DNA from: Candidatus Woesebacteria bacterium RIFCSPHIGHO2_02_FULL_42_20
GTDB taxonomy: Bacteria > Patescibacteriota > Microgenomatia > UBA8517
Reading direction: 5' to 3'
DNA: 64,000 nt
NCBI GenBank assembly: GCA_001792535.1
Contig: MGGS01000016.1
Coordinates: forward strand, 160 to 64,159
The notes below the pieces were generated by a model, which had not been told where the DNA came from, searched no databases, and saw only the letters and a list, made by a program, of their open reading frames with translations. A program made the position numbers and the translations under genes. Positions 60,069 to 64,000 of the stretch are shown in pieces; positions within the stretch are counted from its first letter, which is position 1; each line of letters begins with the position of its first letter.

Positions 60069-62021
60069 ATGTTTTATAGTAGAATAGTTTGTGTGAAAAG
60101 GCAAAAGGAAATCGAAAAAAATCTTGTCCTTCTTTACGGCAAAACTGCAGCCCGCGAAACCCTTTTTAAGATCAAGAAACTATCTGTCAACTACAAGACC
60201 AGGAATAATGCTCATTCTAGAAAAGTTTATGCTTCCTCTTGTTTAATTACCTACGCTAATAGTATTCAAGGGAATAATGAAACTCCCCTGAAATCATTGG
60301 CCGGCTTTATTGACAACTTTAAACTTGATAGCATTTTTGAATTAGTTCACATACTTCCCTTTTATCCGTGGGATACTGACCGAGGTTTTTCTGTTTGTGA
60401 TTTTTACAAAGTTGACCAGAATAACGGAAATTGGCAGGATATTAAAAAACTCTCCACTTTTCTCCCCTTGATGTTTGACTTTGTAGTAAACCATGCATCA
60501 ATTGATAATCCACTTATTCAAAAAGCGCTTATTGAGAGGCACCTTTCCAAAAACGACTCTCGCTATAAAAAATACGCGCCGTATAAAGACTTCGTGATTG
60601 CATTCTTTCAAAATGATAGACCAGACAACAAAGTACTTTCGAAGCTAATACGCCCCAGGCCGACACCCGTTCTTACTCATTATTTTGTACAAGAAACTAA
60701 AGGCAATCTCAGAGCTAATCTCGGTGAATTCCAGGACAAAACCGGTTTAAAAATCTTGGGAAGTGGTTGGGTGTGGACAACATTCTCCAGACCAAAAAAC
60801 CCTGATGGTACGGAAAGCACGCGTCAAGTGGATCTGAATTTTACAAATCCTGATGTTTTAGTTGAAGCTATGAAAATTATCCTTTTTTACTATCAAAAAG
60901 GAGCGTTGTGGGTTAGACTCGACGCCATAGGCTACATATGGAAAAAACTTAGCTCCAGTTCGTTACACGAAAAAGAGACGCATACAATTATTTCTGTCCT
61001 TTCAGAATTTCTTCGAGTGACAGTGCCGACTTTAGTAACTGTTTCAGAAGTCAACGAACCACAAGAAAAGGCAATCGAATACCTGGGGAAAAAAGGCTCT
61101 AAAGAAGCCGACCTTTTTTATCAATTCGCGCATTTTCCCCTGGCCGTCTACGCGATGCTCACTTCAGACCCCAAACCCTACAAAAAATGGATCGGAACAT
61201 TGCCTGAAACAAAAGGCCGACAGTTTATTACAGCTTTGGGGAGTCATGACGGAATGGGCTTAAAACCCGTCCGTGGATTTCTAAACGAAAATCAAATCGA
61301 CAAACTGATCAAAATTTTAATTAAAAAACACAACGCTCTTCCAAACTACTCCAGCCTGCCCGGAGGAGAAAAAATAGTCTACGAGATCTGTTCTACCCCT
61401 TGGAATCTTGTTAACCCGCCTGGAAAATATTCGGGCAATGCAATTGCTCTAAACCGCTACCTTTCTGTTGTCGCCATAGGATTACTTCAAAAAGGAACTC
61501 CGGCGATTTACATTAACGGTCTACTTGGAGCAACAAATTATCTGCCCCAGAAAGGCCTTGACGAGAACCGAACAATAAACCGTGAAATTTTTTTAAAAAC
61601 AAAACTTTTCCACGAGTTAAAAAACCCCAAGTCTCATAAAGGCAGAGTGTTCCAAAATGTTAGCAAATTACTTAAACTAAGAAAAAAATTGCCTTGGTTT
61701 GGTCCCGGCCTTCCTAAACCTGAAGTTGTAACAAGTAATGATAAATTACTGCTCATTCTTTTGAGGAACAAAGACGGAGATGATAACCTTTTGTCTGTAA
61801 CAAACTTTTCCCACCGACCTACGCGGTTGGGGATCAATCCTAATCTTATTTCAAACAATGTTGATGTTCTGAAAAATGCAATCAATGGTCAAGACTACAG
61901 AGTTAAGAACAATAAAACCTCAATATATTTACTCCCGTTTCAGACCATCTGGCTAGTGGCTATTCACTATGGTAGAATACCCGTATGGCTAAAAAGGGAG
62001 CAAGGGAAATTGTCGGACTAG
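60069..62021 (+). CDS. GH13_18 sugar phosphorylase (sucrose/glucosylglycerate phosphorylase-like)
   Basis: LITY, HILPFYP..DRGF, WTTFS, RLDAIGY, SHDG. Confidence 0.85.
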   Translation: MFYSRIVCVKRQKEIEKNLVLLYGKTAARETLFKIKKLSVNYKTRNNAHSRKVYASSCLITYANSIQGNNETPLKSLAGFIDNFKLDSIFELVHILPFYPWDTDRGFSVCDFYKVDQNNGNWQDIKKLSTFLPLMFDFVVNHASIDNPLIQKALIERHLSKNDSRYKKYAPYKDFVIAFFQNDRPDNKVLSKLIRPRPTPVLTHYFVQETKGNLRANLGEFQDKTGLKILGSGWVWTTFSRPKNPDGTESTRQVDLNFTNPDVLVEAMKIILFYYQKGALWVRLDAIGYIWKKLSSSSLHEKETHTIISVLSEFLRVTVPTLVTVSEVNEPQEKAIEYLGKKGSKEADLFYQFAHFPLAVYAMLTSDPKPYKKWIGTLPETKGRQFITALGSHDGMGLKPVRGFLNENQIDKLIKILIKKHNALPNYSSLPGGEKIVYEICSTPWNLVNPPGKYSGNAIALNRYLSVVAIGLLQKGTPAIYINGLLGATNYLPQKGLDENRTINREIFLKTKLFHELKNPKSHKGRVFQNVSKLLKLRKKLPWFGPGLPKPEVVTSNDKLLLILLRNKDGDDNLLSVTNFSHRPTRLGINPNLISNNVDVLKNAINGQDYRVKNNKTSIYLLPFQTIWLVAIHYGRIPVWLKREQGKLSD

Positions 62022-62170
62022 TTTGCAAAACATGCAAATCTCAAAACTACGTAACCACGCGTAATAAGGTTAATATGGATGCCAAAGGCAAAGGTAAGCT
62101 GCAAATAAAGAAGTGGTGCAGACAGTGTAGAAAAGTGCAATTGCACAAAGAGACAACTAAACTAAAGTAA
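61985..62170 (+). CDS. rpmG: 50S ribosomal protein L33
   Basis: L.CK.C...NY.T.RN...K.C..C....H.E. Confidence 0.93.
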   Translation: MAKKGAREIVGLVCKTCKSQNYVTTRNKVNMDAKGKGKLQIKKWCRQCRKVQLHKETTKLK

Positions 62171-62222
62171 GATATTAAGTGCTCCGATATTAAGATATAA
62201 AGCAATATTGTAAGATTAGTCT

Positions 62223-63569
62223 GTGGAAAATCTTTTATCCAAAGATAATTTAATAATTTTCACAACAGCTCCAACCGGTCTGGGGCATATCCGTGTAATG
62301 GATGCTCTACTCGACGGACTGCCAGAAGGTGTGGATGTTAAAGAAGTGGGTGTGCAAAACATCAGCGCAGCTAAAATTCACAGGCTCGGAAGCGTATTCC
62401 CCTTCCTGCAAAAGATCACAGAGTTTTATCAAACAAATCCTATGGCGGAAAAAATTGCGGCCGGCGTTTACAAAGCCTACCACCACTCCAAAACCAAAGA
62501 GATTACCGCAAGACTCAAAGAGTTAAAAGTAAAATTCCCAAATAAAAAAAATTGGCTTATTGTATCGACCCACCACGCGTTTGCGCACGAGATTGAATAT
62601 ATCAAAGGTAAACTTGAAAGAAATCTTGGTATTAAAATTTTATTATTCGTTATAATGACCGATGATTCACCCCAACGGGTATGGGTAATAAACAATGCCG
62701 ATATTATTTTTTCACCCAGCGAAAGAACTTCCTTAAAAATCCACTCTATGCTTAAAAGCAATTCTGCTGCCAAAATCATAACAATCTCTTTCCCTGTTTC
62801 TCCTCGGTTAACCAAAAGACTCACGGACGAAGAGTTCAACCAAATTTCAGGGCAATTTGATAACGCCCAAAAACAACCGTTGCATATTGAAATTCCAATA
62901 AGTGGCGCCGCAGTCCAGTTGGATTTTTTCAAAAAATTAATCGATTCACTAAAACAGGAAAAAATAAAGTTTACTATTGTAGGTCAGGACTCTATTTACA
63001 CCAAAATGTTTTTCACTCATCTTGGCAAAAATCAAAATGTTGGGCTTCTTATTGGCCGGGGGGCCAAACAAACCGTGAATTACTACGAATCTCTTTTTTA
63101 CCAAAGCCCGCGCCCGGGGGTGGAAATCACAAAACCATCCGAACAATGCTTTAAGTCAATTTTAAAACCGAACGAGCAGGGAGGTGTAGTCCTTCTACTT
63201 ACAAACCCCGTTGGCCGCCAGGAACAAGATAATTTAAATTTTCTTGTTCGTCACGACCTTATCCCGGACACAAAACACCAAGAAAAGCTTTTTTCTATAT
63301 TGCTAACTTCCGCCAAAGGCGGACCAGCCTTCGGCTGGAACATGCAAGAATTATCGTATTGGACTTACCGCGCAAGCCACTGGAGAGGTGTACGATTGCC
63401 GAGTAACTCAAAAGACGCTGCCGAGTTTATCATCAATTTAAAACAAAGCGGGATACTCCTGGCCATGCTATCATATGTTTCGCACAAGAAAAAGGAACTT
63501 ACGTCAGGAGGCGTCGCACAAATTTGGGAGGAAATAGATAAGTTTCTGGGGTATAATAAGCGTGCTTAG
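62223..63569 (+). CDS. Hypothetical GT-B-like protein
   Basis: GLGH N-terminal motif, ITKPSE, VGRQE..N. Confidence 0.6.
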   Translation: MENLLSKDNLIIFTTAPTGLGHIRVMDALLDGLPEGVDVKEVGVQNISAAKIHRLGSVFPFLQKITEFYQTNPMAEKIAAGVYKAYHHSKTKEITARLKELKVKFPNKKNWLIVSTHHAFAHEIEYIKGKLERNLGIKILLFVIMTDDSPQRVWVINNADIIFSPSERTSLKIHSMLKSNSAAKIITISFPVSPRLTKRLTDEEFNQISGQFDNAQKQPLHIEIPISGAAVQLDFFKKLIDSLKQEKIKFTIVGQDSIYTKMFFTHLGKNQNVGLLIGRGAKQTVNYYESLFYQSPRPGVEITKPSEQCFKSILKPNEQGGVVLLLTNPVGRQEQDNLNFLVRHDLIPDTKHQEKLFSILLTSAKGGPAFGWNMQELSYWTYRASHWRGVRLPSNSKDAAEFIINLKQSGILLAMLSYVSHKKKELTSGGVAQIWEEIDKFLGYNKRA

Positions 63570-63638
63570 GGGCGTCGTTCAGTGGTAGGACCCGGGTCTC
63601 CAAAACCCGTGACGAGAGTTCGATTCTCCCCGCCCCTG
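63568..63638 (+). tRNA. tRNA-Trp(CCA)
   Basis: AGGGGCG/CGCCCCT acceptor, CT-CCA-AA loop. Confidence 0.93.
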
Positions 63639-63911
63639 CCCAGAAGGACATTGGGATAAAAAGTGGCTGTTCTTCCCAAATACAAGGCAATTTTAGAGGT
63701 TCGAACCAGCTTGAAAAAGGATACATACATCATCAACTTCTTACACTTAACAAGATGGTCGTTCTATTTTAGACAGTAAAACAGAACGATATCCAAACAT
63801 CGTTTCGTTTATGAAAAACATGGGATCAGGTAAATACTTAACACTACTTACTGTGCATTTAGAATATAAAGCATTTATACCCAATCTCCTCTCTTTTGAT
63901 ATAATCCTCTC

Positions 63912-64000
63912 ATGGATTCTTCCGGGTTTATAAAAATAGATAATAAAGAGTTATTTTCAATTTTCACTGATGCTGGAAGCAAAAAACTTGTTATATTTTG
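63912..64000 (+). CDS. Partial CDS, possible alpha/beta hydrolase N-terminus
   Basis: TATAAT-6nt-ATG; MDSSGFIKIDNKELFSIFTDAGSKKLVIF runs off the window edge. Confidence 0.5.
   Translation, partial: MDSSGFIKIDNKELFSIFTDAGSKKLVIF

Noticed and set aside
1-64000. DGR, retron, prophage or rRNA
   Set aside because: No reverse transcriptase, TR/VR pair, phage structural gene or rRNA-like sequence was recognised.

Overview
AT-rich (about 40% GC by eye) bacterial chromosome segment using the standard code. The compact gene content, short EF-Ts, two-domain ThyX and leaderless promoters suggest a Patescibacteria/CPR genome, probably Microgenomates (inference). Bases 1-9.3 kb are accessory. Six same-orientation copies of a ~20-bp palindromic site (AGCTAATTTG-AAGA-CAAATT) divide 0.7-5.8 kb into 0.55-2.1 kb gene modules, including two toxin-antitoxin pairs and a DUF5674 pair. 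Next come a decayed large serine recombinase and a perfect 165-bp inverted repeat enclosing a frameshifted membrane-protein gene. The remainder is mostly core or near-core: Zn ABC, a CsoR/CopA copper locus, cysS, recR-ybaB-dnaX, proS, rseP-frr-tsf-rpsB, folD-ahcY-pfkB-glyA, thyX-dcd, topA-dprA, mrdA-mreB, def-fmt, rpmB, queA, rpmG, four tRNAs and a probable 6S RNA. Core genes carry in-frame ~20-nt palindromic inserts and heptamer tandem repeats. The best candidate for an undescribed system is the short-site-delimited gene cassette array at 698-5789. All calls come from reading the sequence and ORF track; no searches were run.
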